Of a DNA stretch of 64,000 nucleotides, positions 41,949-50,545 are shown piece by piece. A program made the position numbers and the translations under genes. How positions within the stretch are numbered: position 1 is the first letter of the stretch; each line of letters starts with the position of its first letter. Source of the stretch: Thermoanaerobaculia bacterium (GTDB lineage Bacteria; Acidobacteriota; Thermoanaerobaculia; Gp7-AA8). The stretch lies in contig DASPMO010000103.1 of NCBI GenBank assembly GCA_035627015.1, positions 1,617-65,616 on the forward strand, written 5' to 3'. The notes under the pieces are model-generated. The model searched no databases. It had not been told where the DNA came from and saw nothing but the letters and a program-made list of their open reading frames with translations.

Positions 41949-42464
41949 ATGCGTCGCTTCGCATTCGCAGCCATCCTTCCCCTTCTCGTCATAGCCTGTG
42001 CCTCCCAACCGCAGCGGACGCAGAAAGTCAGCGGCCGCTACGCCATCGTCCTCGCGCCCGGTCTCCCCGACGAGCGCATGCAGCACGGCGCGCCGCTGCT
42101 GCACCAGTCCGTCTACGACATGCTGAAATGGCAGCTGCCGCTCGCCCCGAGCGTCGCCGAAGCCGATGCCGTGATCACCCTCAAGGCGGGACGCGAGCCC
42201 CACCTCTTCGAGTACGAGATCAGCCGCGGCGGGAAAGTCGTCTCCAGCTCCGCGCCCATCCCGGTCATGGTGATCGGCAATCAGCTCTCCATCAGCGAGC
42301 AGCAACTGCAGCAGCGGAGAACCGAGAGCTCGATGTCTCAAGCCGGCAGCGCGAACAGCGACCTGATCCTGCGGCACCGCCTGGGCCCGACCCAGTACCG
42401 GGCGCATTCGAGCGCCACGCAGCGGATCGCCCGCGCGATCGTCAACGACCTGACCAGACTCTAA
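41949..42464 (+). CDS. Hypothetical lipoprotein (paralogue 1)
   Basis: MRRFAFAAILPLLVIACASQP (lipobox) ... ends IARAIVNDLTRL. This is an internal start of ORF 41640..42464. Confidence 0.6.
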   Translation: MRRFAFAAILPLLVIACASQPQRTQKVSGRYAIVLAPGLPDERMQHGAPLLHQSVYDMLKWQLPLAPSVAEADAVITLKAGREPHLFEYEISRGGKVVSSSAPIPVMVIGNQLSISEQQLQQRRTESSMSQAGSANSDLILRHRLGPTQYRAHSSATQRIARAIVNDLTRL

Positions 42465-42471
42465 GCACAGC

Positions 42472-42569
42472 GGACCGCCGGCGTCCTCGCCGGCTGTCTC
42501 TGCGGGCGTCTCGCCCGCACAGTGGCGGCGGGACGCCGCCACAGACAGCCGGCGGGACGCCGGCGGTCC
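42472..42569. repeat. Third family of long imperfect palindrome between the two lipoprotein paralogues
   Basis: ggaccgccggcgtcctcgccggctgtctctg ... cacagacagccggcgggacgccggcggtcc. An inner gcgggcgtctcgcccgc hairpin is present. Confidence 0.75.
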
Positions 42570-42596
42570 ATGACCCAACTCCAGGAGCTTACGACC

Positions 42597-43127
42597 ATGC
42601 GCAAACTCATCCTCGCCGCGTTCCTTCCGCTGCTCGTTCTCGCCTGCGCCTCGCAGCCGCCGAAGAAGCTCACGGGCAGGTATGCCATCGATGCCGACCT
42701 GGCGTTGAAGTCGGGCCGTGCCGCCTATGACCTCGCCCTGATCCACGATCCGCTCGTGGAGGCGCTGCGCCGGCGCATTTATCTCATCGGCAACGTCGAC
42801 GAGGCCGACGCCGTGATCGTGCTCCGTCCCGGTCCGGCGCACGGCACCCTCACGTACGACATCATCCGCGGGAGTGACCTCGCCGCCTCGCGCGTCACCG
42901 CGGCGCAGACGCTCGTCCGCCACGGGGACATCCAGACGCTCGGCGAAAAGCTCGACCGCCAGCGCTGGAACGAATACGCCAGCGGCAACCGCACCATCGT
43001 CGTGAAGCGCGAGCAGATCGGCCGGGCCATCCCCAACGCGGAGCTCGAGGACGAGCGGAAGACACGCCCGCTCGCCACCGCCAACCGCATCGCCGACCAG
43101 ATCGTCCGCGACCTCGCCAGGCTGTGA
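42597..43127 (+). CDS. Hypothetical lipoprotein (paralogue 2)
   Basis: MRKLILAAFLPLLVLACASQP ... ends IADQIVRDLARL. GGAG lies 9 nt upstream. It has the same architecture as 41949..42464. Confidence 0.6.
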   Translation: MRKLILAAFLPLLVLACASQPPKKLTGRYAIDADLALKSGRAAYDLALIHDPLVEALRRRIYLIGNVDEADAVIVLRPGPAHGTLTYDIIRGSDLAASRVTAAQTLVRHGDIQTLGEKLDRQRWNEYASGNRTIVVKREQIGRAIPNAELEDERKTRPLATANRIADQIVRDLARL

Positions 43128-43134
43128 ATGCTGT

Positions 43135-43160
43135 GGGGGGCGGGCTTCAGCCCGCCCCTC
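43135..43160. repeat. Single REP-like hairpin (GGGGCGGGC-TTCA-GCCCGCCCC)
   Basis: ggggggcgggcttcagcccgcccctc lies between convergent genes. Confidence 0.75.
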
Positions 43161-43163
43161 GAT

Positions 43164-44162
43164 TCATCGCGGCGTGATGGTCGTGATGTGCTGCGTCTCG
43201 TTGTTCGTCACCGACACGAACGCCCAGATGTCCGGCGCCGGGAGCAGCGCCGAGATCGGCGGCGTGTGTACGCTGATCCAGATGTTGATGATCCCCGCCT
43301 CCGGCAGGTCGCTGATCTCCGCGTACGACGGCTCGTAAGGATTGTCGGTCGGGTTGAGCGTGACCTGGCGCCGTTCCCACTGGTTGAACGTCTCGATGTC
43401 CACGTTCAGCACTGCACCCCATTCGGGCGTGCCGTAGATGCGCAGCTTGCTGCGGAAGCGGGGGCTCGTCGGAACGCCGACGATGCCGATCTGCGACTCG
43501 TGACCGTTGGTGGCGAACTCGCTCGCCGGCACGATCGGGATCTGCGTCCCGAAGTTCTCGCGCGCCCGCGACACGTCGAACGCGCGCAGGTTCATCACCA
43601 GGTCTTTGGCTGTCCCCTTCGGCACGTAGATGAAGCGGCCGGGCTTGCCGCTCGGCTCGATGCCCTGAATCTCGCGCGTGTCGGTGTGCAGCTCGTACGG
43701 ACTGCCGTCGGGGAGGAGTCCGTAGACCGGCAGCCGCGTCTCCGAGCGGTTCAGCGCCATGCGCAGCTCCGTGCGGAACTCCGACCCGAAGGCGCCTCGG
43801 ATCGGCGGCACGTACACCGGCAGCAGCAGGCGGTCGAACGCATCCTCCGCCTCCCCCTCGAACGTGAACGTCAGTCCCGTGGCGATGCCGATGTCGTACT
43901 GGAAGATGTTCACCGGCACGGTGCCGGGGAGATGCGCCGGCGTCGTGGCCACGAGCGTGTGCGAGTCGTGCAGGACCGCCGGCACGTGCGTCTCGCCGAA
44001 GATCACGCCGTACGGCCAGGTCCCGAGGTCTTCACGGCTCGTGATGCGGATCTCCGTTCCCCCCGCGACCGGACCGCGGTTGGGGGTGATGGTGTAGTCG
44101 GGCTGCTGCGCCGCGGCGGTGCAGGCGAGGAGCGAGAACAGCAGAACGAGACGAATGCGCAA
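43164..44162 (-). CDS. Secreted IPT/TIG-domain protein (one IPT module plus a conserved C-terminal domain of unknown function)
   Basis: It has a signal peptide. ITPNRGPVAGGTEIRITS is IPT/TIG-like. The C-terminal domain shares the blocks GRFIYVPKG, NFGTQIPIV, LRIYG and WAFVSVTNNETQHITTI with the next gene. Confidence 0.7.
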   Translation of the reverse strand: MRIRLVLLFSLLACTAAAQQPDYTITPNRGPVAGGTEIRITSREDLGTWPYGVIFGETHVPAVLHDSHTLVATTPAHLPGTVPVNIFQYDIGIATGLTFTFEGEAEDAFDRLLLPVYVPPIRGAFGSEFRTELRMALNRSETRLPVYGLLPDGSPYELHTDTREIQGIEPSGKPGRFIYVPKGTAKDLVMNLRAFDVSRARENFGTQIPIVPASEFATNGHESQIGIVGVPTSPRFRSKLRIYGTPEWGAVLNVDIETFNQWERRQVTLNPTDNPYEPSYAEISDLPEAGIINIWISVHTPPISALLPAPDIWAFVSVTNNETQHITTITPR

Positions 44163-44180
44163 GGAAGGGCCTCCTGCCGG

Positions 44181-45467
44181 CTATGGCCGGATCGTGGTGA
44201 TGAACTGCGAGTCGTTGTTGGTGACGCTGATGAACGCCCAGTACGGAACGCCGAAGCCCGGCTCGCCCGCGGCCGGTGGCGTGAGGACGACGCGGATCAA
44301 ACCGGCGCCGGACGGGAAATCGCTCGACTGCGCGTACGCCGGGTCGAAGCGGTTCGCCCCGGGCCGCAGCGGAACCTGCACCGACTTCGTGCCGGCAGTG
44401 GTCTCGAAATCGACCGTGATCGTCGTGGCCGCGGTCGCGTAGATGCGGAGCGTGTTGCGGAAGTTCGGATCCGCCGGCACGCCCGGGAAAATGATCGGCT
44501 CATTGCGGAAGAGCTCCCGGTCGTGCACCACCGGCAGCTCCGTGCCGAAGTTGTGTGCCGCGCGCGTGCTGTCGTACACGCGCAGGTTCAGCCACAACCG
44601 TTCCGCGGTGCCCCCTTTCGGCACGTAGATGAATCGCCCCGGTCTGCCGTCGTAGGCGATGTCGTCCGGCTCCAGCTCGCCGCGCGGCAGAATCGTGATC
44701 GGGTTGTCCTCGAACGCCGGAGTGGGGCAGGCGCTGGTGCAGCCCGGCGCGAGGCCGAAGACCTCCGCTGGCTGGGACGTGCGCCGGTTCAGGGCGCGCA
44801 GCTCCGTGTGGAAGCGGGAGCCGAGGGCGCCGTTCGCGGGCGGCGTGAGCAGCGGCAGGAGGATGCGGTCCTGGTCGTCGCCCGGAAAGACCCGGTATTT
44901 GAAGACGATGTTCGTGTCGATGAAGACGTCGTACTCGAGGAGCGTCACCCGCACGTCGCCGCTGCCGGGAGGCGTCACCGCCACCAGCGTCGTGTCGTTG
45001 ACGCGGTACCCCGGCACCGTCGTCTCGCCGAAGAGCACCCAGTATGGCCACGAGCCGAAGGGGCCCGTGATCGTGACCACCGTTCCCCCCGACAGCGGGC
45101 CGACCCGCGGCGTCATCGTCCACGTCTCTTTCACGAAGGTGAAGCCGTTCGCCAGCCGCCCCTCGCCTTCGTCCGTGCGCACGGAGACCGTCACGGTTCC
45201 CGGCGGATGCTCCGGCGTCCACACGCGCAGTTCCGTCTCGTCTACGTAGCTGACCGACGGCGCGCGACGATCGCCGAACCATACCTGGGGGAACAGCGTG
45301 AATCCGCTGCCACGGATGACGACCTCGCCATCGCCGAGCTCCGAGCCTTCGTCGGGCGTGACCGAGGTGATGACCGGGATCGCGTACGACGAGACGGCAA
45401 ACAGGGTGAGAGCCAGCAGCATCAATCGGCGCATAACGATTTCCCTCTCGATATGGTGTCGAACCAT
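44181..45467 (-). CDS. Secreted IPT/TIG-domain protein (two IPT modules plus the same C-terminal domain); paralogue of 43164..44162
   Basis: It has a signal peptide. ITSVTPDEGSELGDGEVVIRGSGF and MTPRVGPLSGGTVVTITG are IPT-like. It also has GRFIYVPKG, NFGTELPVV, LRIYA and WAFISVTNNDSQFITTI. Confidence 0.7.
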   Translation of the reverse strand: MVRHHIEREIVMRRLMLLALTLFAVSSYAIPVITSVTPDEGSELGDGEVVIRGSGFTLFPQVWFGDRRAPSVSYVDETELRVWTPEHPPGTVTVSVRTDEGEGRLANGFTFVKETWTMTPRVGPLSGGTVVTITGPFGSWPYWVLFGETTVPGYRVNDTTLVAVTPPGSGDVRVTLLEYDVFIDTNIVFKYRVFPGDDQDRILLPLLTPPANGALGSRFHTELRALNRRTSQPAEVFGLAPGCTSACPTPAFEDNPITILPRGELEPDDIAYDGRPGRFIYVPKGGTAERLWLNLRVYDSTRAAHNFGTELPVVHDRELFRNEPIIFPGVPADPNFRNTLRIYATAATTITVDFETTAGTKSVQVPLRPGANRFDPAYAQSSDFPSGAGLIRVVLTPPAAGEPGFGVPYWAFISVTNNDSQFITTIRP

Positions 45468-45530
45468 ATCTTAAAGCCGTTATGACATATTCAGGCTGGC
45501 AACTCTCGGTGACGAGCCGGAAACAGCGGA

Positions 45531-47183
45531 TCAGTCTTTCCGGAAGTGCGCGCCGGTCGACCGCGGATTGCGGATCGCGGCCGAGGCCACGATCGAGGCC
45601 ATCTGCTGCCCGTGGAAGAGCTCCACGATCGACTTCGAGATCGTCGACTCGTGGTAGTACTTCGTGAGGCGGCTGCCGAGGTGCTGCATGTCCGCGAGCG
45701 CGCGCTTGAGACGCTCGTACGTGCGCACGATCCCGACGTAGTTCCACATCGTGTGCTGGATGGTGGTCCAGTCCTGCAGGATCAGCGCGGGATCTTCGAG
45801 GTTCTCGGTGCCGGGCGGGCGCCAGTCGGGGATCGAGCCGAGGAGCGGGTCGGGCATCGAGCCCGAGCCGGCGCCGAGGGACGAGAAGGCGCGGCGCACC
45901 TGCGGCGAGGCGCCCGACGCCGGCGCGGCCAGGCGTCCGCGGATCGACTGCGCGGCGTAGTAGCCCCAGGTCAGCCCCTCCAGGAGGGAAGTCGAGGCCA
46001 GGCGGTTCGCGCCATGCAGCCCGGAGCACGACGTCTCGCCGATGGCGTAGAGGCGCGAGAGCGTGGTCTCGCCGCTCGTGTTCACGAGCACGCCGCCGCA
46101 GAAATAGTGCGCGGCGGGGACCACCGGGATCGGGTCGCGCTCGATGTTGATGCCGAGGTCCAGGCAGGCCTTGCGGATGTTCGGGAAGCGCTCGGCGATC
46201 GGCTGCGGCCCGTGGTAATGGTTCGCGAGGTCGAGCCACACGAACTCCTCTTTGTTGCGCGTCATCTCCTCGACGATCGCGCGCGCCACCACGTCGCGCG
46301 GCGCGAGGTCTTTCAGCTCCGGCGAGTATTTCTCCATGAAGTACTCGCCGCGCTGGTTCCGCAGCCGCGCCCCCTCCCCCCGCAGCGCCTCGGAGATCAG
46401 GAAGTGATTGGCCTTCTTGTCGGCGAGCGCGGTGGGGTGGAACTGCACGTACTCGGCGTTCATGATCCGCGCGCCGGCGCGGGAGGCCATGACCACGCCG
46501 TCCCCGAGGGAGTTGCGCGTGTTCGTCGTGTGCAGGTAGATCTGGCCCAGGCCTCCCGTGGCCAGGATCGTGTAGTCGGCGAAGATCGTGTAGACCTCGT
46601 TCGAGCGGTTGTCGAGGAGGTACGCGCCGACGCACTCGTTGGTCAGGCGGTAGCGCACCTGGATGTCCAGCGGGTGGTGGTGCGTGGTGAGGAGGTCGAT
46701 GGCCGTCACTTCCGTGGCCAGGGTGATGTTCGGCTCCGAGCGGACGCGGCTCAGCAGCGACGTCTCGATGGCCCGCCCGGTGGCGTCGCCCGCGTGGATG
46801 ATGCGCGGCACCGAATGCGCCCCTTCCTGCGTCAGGTCGAGCTCTCCCTCGTCCGTCGTGGAGAAGGGGACGTGCACGTTGTCGAGCAGCAGTTGCTTGA
46901 CCACGCGCGGCCCTTCGACGGAGAGATGCCGGACCGCCTCCTCGTTCGAGATGCCGGCGCCGGCGCGGGCGATGTCGCCGATCAGCTTCGCCGGCGAGTC
47001 CCCTTCCCCCTGGTAGATGATGCCCCCCTGCGCCCACGAGGTGTTGCAGTCCGCCGGATCGGCGGCCTTCGTCACCAGCAGCACCCGGATGCCCGCGCTG
47101 GCCAGCGAGAACGCCGCCGTCAATCCGGCGATGCCGGTGCCGATGATCAGGACGGGATAGTGGGTGCGGTTCTGGAGGGGCAC
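45531..47183 (-). CDS. nadB: L-aspartate oxidase
   Basis: VLIIGTGIAGLTAA (FAD binding) and HGANRLASTSLLEGL, 550 aa. Confidence 0.9.
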   Translation of the reverse strand: MPLQNRTHYPVLIIGTGIAGLTAAFSLASAGIRVLLVTKAADPADCNTSWAQGGIIYQGEGDSPAKLIGDIARAGAGISNEEAVRHLSVEGPRVVKQLLLDNVHVPFSTTDEGELDLTQEGAHSVPRIIHAGDATGRAIETSLLSRVRSEPNITLATEVTAIDLLTTHHHPLDIQVRYRLTNECVGAYLLDNRSNEVYTIFADYTILATGGLGQIYLHTTNTRNSLGDGVVMASRAGARIMNAEYVQFHPTALADKKANHFLISEALRGEGARLRNQRGEYFMEKYSPELKDLAPRDVVARAIVEEMTRNKEEFVWLDLANHYHGPQPIAERFPNIRKACLDLGINIERDPIPVVPAAHYFCGGVLVNTSGETTLSRLYAIGETSCSGLHGANRLASTSLLEGLTWGYYAAQSIRGRLAAPASGASPQVRRAFSSLGAGSGSMPDPLLGSIPDWRPPGTENLEDPALILQDWTTIQHTMWNYVGIVRTYERLKRALADMQHLGSRLTKYYHESTISKSIVELFHGQQMASIVASAAIRNPRSTGAHFRKD

Positions 47184-47196
47184 GCCGGTGCGGGTC

Positions 47197-47952
47197 CTAC
47201 GCCGCGCTCTGCGCGAACCCCGTGATCACGTACGACCCCGACTTCGCGTCCTTCTTGATCTTGATGATGTTGTTGTTCTGCGCATCCTCGAGCAGATCGG
47301 AGAAGGTGTTGTAGCCGTAGTACTCCTCGTTGAAGGTCGGCTTCTTGCGCTGCATGGTCTGCTTGACCATCGAGCCCCAGAGGATCTCTTTGTTCTCGCG
47401 CATGAGCGCCTTGATCGAGTCGATCAGGAGCTTGAAGACCTCGGCCTGCTTCTTGTCCTTGAACGGCACCGCGGGCGCCTTCTGCACGCCGCGGACGAGG
47501 TCTTCATAGAAGATGAACTCGTCGCAGTTGTCGATCAGCAGGTCGCTCGACGAGTTCTTCACGCCGACGCCGATGACGTACTTGTCGTTCTCTTTCAGCT
47601 TCGACACGAGCGGCGAAAAGTCGGAGTCGCCCGAGGCGATGACGAAAAGGTCGATGTGCTCCTTCGACCAGCACATGTCCATCGCATCGACGGCCATGCG
47701 GATGTCGGCCGAGTTCTTTCCCGAGTAGCCGCGGCCGGGAATCTCGATCATCTCCACGGCCGCCTCGTGCAGCTCGCGCTTGTAGTCGGGGAACTTGTCC
47801 CAGTCGCAGTAGGCGCGCTTGACGACGATCTTCCCCTTCTCGAGCAGGCGCTCCAGGAGGAGGTTCACCTCGAACTTCTTGTACTTCGCGTCCGTGACCC
47901 CGATGGCGATGTTCTCGAAGTCGAAAAACAATGCGATCTTGCTGTCACTCAT
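47197..47952 (-). CDS. NYN/LabA-like domain protein with a C-terminal OST-HTH (LOTUS)-like region
   Basis: IALFFDFENI, GKNSADIRMAVDAMD and VIASGDSDFSPLVSKLKE. The start is taken at MSDSKIALFF; the ORF track GTG at 48024 is the alternative. Confidence 0.8.
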   Translation of the reverse strand: MSDSKIALFFDFENIAIGVTDAKYKKFEVNLLLERLLEKGKIVVKRAYCDWDKFPDYKRELHEAAVEMIEIPGRGYSGKNSADIRMAVDAMDMCWSKEHIDLFVIASGDSDFSPLVSKLKENDKYVIGVGVKNSSSDLLIDNCDEFIFYEDLVRGVQKAPAVPFKDKKQAEVFKLLIDSIKALMRENKEILWGSMVKQTMQRKKPTFNEEYYGYNTFSDLLEDAQNNNIIKIKKDAKSGSYVITGFAQSAA

Positions 47953-48017
47953 GCGTGTAGACGGAACGGTGCCGTAGTCACCGCTCTCGACAGGGATTTC
48001 AGAGTTGGATTTGCGTG

Positions 48018-49007
48018 ATGCCACGAGGGGAGTCTAGCATCGCCCGCTTGAATCGCTACGTCACCCTCGCCCGGCCGTTCACCCTGCTTCCCCCGCTCCT
48101 CGGCATCATTTCCGGGGCGATCTGCGCCTGGGGCTCGGCGCACAATCCCGATCCCACGCGCGCCGTGACGACCTCGGTGATCCTCACGGTGACCCTCGGC
48201 TCGCTTTGCGCGTCGTTCCTCAACGCCGCGAACAACACCCTCAATCAGATCTACGACCTCGAGATCGACCGCATCAACAAGCCCGGCCGCCCGCTCGTCA
48301 CCGGCGAGGTCTCGATCCGCGGCGCCTGGATCTACACCTGGATCATGTACGTCCTCGGCACGATTCCCACGTGGCTGGTGGTCGTCTACCCGTACAACAG
48401 CTGGACGCAGAAGCTCTTCGCGCCGCTCCAGTGGCACGAGTGCTTCTTCATCTACGTCATCGCGCTGGTCTCGACGTTCGTCTACTCCGTCCCCCTCCTC
48501 GGCCGCACGAAAGCGCACCCGATCGGCGCGAACCTGACCATCGCCATCCCGCGCGGCCTGCTCCTGAAAGTGGCCGGCTGGACGATGGTCGCCCGCGCCT
48601 ACCACGCCGAGCCATGGTTCATCGGCGCGATCTTCATGCTCTTCCTCCTCGGCGCCGCCTCGACGAAGGACTTCAGCGACATGAAAGGCGACGCCGCCGG
48701 CGGCTGCCGCACGCTGCCCATCGCCTTCGGCGTGCGCAAAGCCGCGTGGATGATCTCGCCGTTCTTCGTCCTTCCCTGGCTGCTCATGCCCCTCGGCGCC
48801 GCCACCGGCATCCTCACCGGCAACGCGACGTTCATCAGCGTGCTGGGGATCGCGCTCTCGCTCTGGGGCGCCTACACAGTCTGGCTGATCGTGCGCAATC
48901 CCGACGAGCTCACCGCCACCGAGAACCACCCGAGCTGGCGCCACATGTACCTGATGATGATGGCCGCCCAGGTAGGCTTCGCGGCGGCCTACCTGGTTCC
49001 GGGATGA
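48018..49007 (+). CDS. UbiA-family prenyltransferase (polytopic membrane protein)
   Basis: NAANNTLNQIYDLEIDRINKPGRPLVTG (first Asp-rich motif) and KDFSDMKGD (second motif). Confidence 0.85.
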   Translation: MPRGESSIARLNRYVTLARPFTLLPPLLGIISGAICAWGSAHNPDPTRAVTTSVILTVTLGSLCASFLNAANNTLNQIYDLEIDRINKPGRPLVTGEVSIRGAWIYTWIMYVLGTIPTWLVVVYPYNSWTQKLFAPLQWHECFFIYVIALVSTFVYSVPLLGRTKAHPIGANLTIAIPRGLLLKVAGWTMVARAYHAEPWFIGAIFMLFLLGAASTKDFSDMKGDAAGGCRTLPIAFGVRKAAWMISPFFVLPWLLMPLGAATGILTGNATFISVLGIALSLWGAYTVWLIVRNPDELTATENHPSWRHMYLMMMAAQVGFAAAYLVPG

Positions 49008-49120
49008 GGTACGAGGGATGAGGTACGAGGTACGAGTGCTCCGCTCCGGCATGTTCGAGGTCTGAGGCTCGTGCCTGGAGCGCGCCGTAGCGGAGCTACT
49101 CGTACCTCGTACCTCGTACC
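49002..49120. repeat. Hairpin whose arms are tandem heptamers (GGTACGA)n ... (TCGTACC)n, the same heptamer as at 38941
   Basis: The left arm is ggatga ggtacga gggatga ggtacga ggtacga g. The ~60-nt centre has its own gctccgc/gcggagc pairing. The right arm is c tcgtacc tcgtacc tcgtacc. It fills the convergent gap exactly and touches both stop codons. Confidence 0.9.
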
Positions 49121-50526
49121 TATCGAAGCTCCATCACCCGATACACCCATACCCCGGTCGGAAACTCCGTCGTGTATGCCGCCTTGTAGTGACGCGCCAG
49201 GAGCGCGTTGTACGCATCGCGCTCGGGGAAGTGAAAGTGCGTCGCATACAGCCGGTCCACGAGCGCAAACTCGTAGCGCGCCCGCGGATCGCGCTTCGTG
49301 AACGGCACGAACGGCGGCCCGCTCGCGTCGAACATGTTGTTGTCCGCCACCAGGATCTTCGCCTCCGGATGGCGCACGCGGATGGCCTCGATCACCTGCC
49401 ACACCTCGGTCCGCCCCTGCGCGTGCAGCACCGCCGGCCCGTAGAACTCCCCGATGAACCGCTCCCCGTACTGCGCCCCATAGAAGAGGTAGTTCGGAAA
49501 GAAGCGAATCACGTCGAAGAGCTGAATCGCGAACAACACGGCCACGACCACCGCTACCCGCTTCTTCCACCACGTCACGATCCCCACCGCAACAAACAAA
49601 TAGAGCAGCGGATAAAACTGCACCTGATGGTGCGGCGTCTCGTAGCCGAACACCGTCCCCTTCAGCCCGAAGTTCACCAGCAGCGCGACGAGAAACCACC
49701 GCGCCTGCCGGTGAAACGCGAACACCACCCACGCTCCCACCTTGATCAGCAGCAGGAGGAACGGAAAGAACCACGGCGCGCTCGTCGTCCCGAGGCCGAG
49801 GTAATTCCAGAACGAGTACTTGCCGCCGCCGGCCAGACAGGCGTCGATGAGCGCGCGCAGCACCGGCGGCGAGACATACACCACCGTCGTGGCGAAGAAC
49901 GTGGCCGCCGCAATCGGGAGGAACCAGAGGTCGCGCCACGAAGGACGAAACCGCGTCGCATACAGCGCCACGAGAAAGATCAGGTTGAACGCCGCCAGAA
50001 TGTGAGAAGCCCCCGCCAGCCCCGTAAACACCCCACAAGCCACGAGTGCACCCAAACGTAGGACGGGCTTCAGCCCGTCCCCCCCGTGGGCGGGCGACCC
50101 GAGCCCCGCCCCACGCATCAGCGCCAGCAACGACAACGTCGTAAAGCACGTGAACACGATCGCCGAGTGCGTCAGCACCATCCGCCCGCTCGCCAGCAGC
50201 GCGGGGGAGGTCACGTACAGCGCCGCGAACAGCGTCGCCGTCCACGTCCCGTATTCGCGGCGCGCGTACGCGTACACCGCCAGCAGCGTGATCGCGCTGA
50301 ACGCGAACGAGATCCAGTAGTGGTGCCCGAGGAGCGCGTGGATGTAGAAGGGGAGCCGCGTCTGCGAGATGTCGTCCAGGCACGCGAACGGGTCGCCCGT
50401 CCGCTGCAGGCACTCCACGATCCCCATGTCCCCCGCCTCGTCCCACGTCCACGACAGCTCCCCCATCTGATGGAGGTGCAGGAACGCGAAGATCGCCAGC
50501 AGTGCGGCGATGGGGATGTGGCGCAC
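49120..50526 (-). CDS. GT-C fold glycosyltransferase (family 39 / ArnT-PMT-like membrane protein) carrying an in-frame REP insertion
   Basis: It has more than 10 TM helices and an early-loop acidic motif WTWDEAGD. The REP-derived peptide GSPAHGGDGLKPVLRLG sits mid-protein. Confidence 0.7.
   Translation of the reverse strand: MRHIPIAALLAIFAFLHLHQMGELSWTWDEAGDMGIVECLQRTGDPFACLDDISQTRLPFYIHALLGHHYWISFAFSAITLLAVYAYARREYGTWTATLFAALYVTSPALLASGRMVLTHSAIVFTCFTTLSLLALMRGAGLGSPAHGGDGLKPVLRLGALVACGVFTGLAGASHILAAFNLIFLVALYATRFRPSWRDLWFLPIAAATFFATTVVYVSPPVLRALIDACLAGGGKYSFWNYLGLGTTSAPWFFPFLLLLIKVGAWVVFAFHRQARWFLVALLVNFGLKGTVFGYETPHHQVQFYPLLYLFVAVGIVTWWKKRVAVVVAVLFAIQLFDVIRFFPNYLFYGAQYGERFIGEFYGPAVLHAQGRTEVWQVIEAIRVRHPEAKILVADNNMFDASGPPFVPFTKRDPRARYEFALVDRLYATHFHFPERDAYNALLARHYKAAYTTEFPTGVWVYRVMELR
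50058..50113. repeat. REP element (diverged arms) located inside the GT39-like coding sequence
   Basis: gtaggacgggcttcagcccgtcc-cccccgt-gggcgggcgacccgagccccgcccc. Confidence 0.75.
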
Positions 50527-50545
50527 GGGGCGTATTCTTGCGCAA

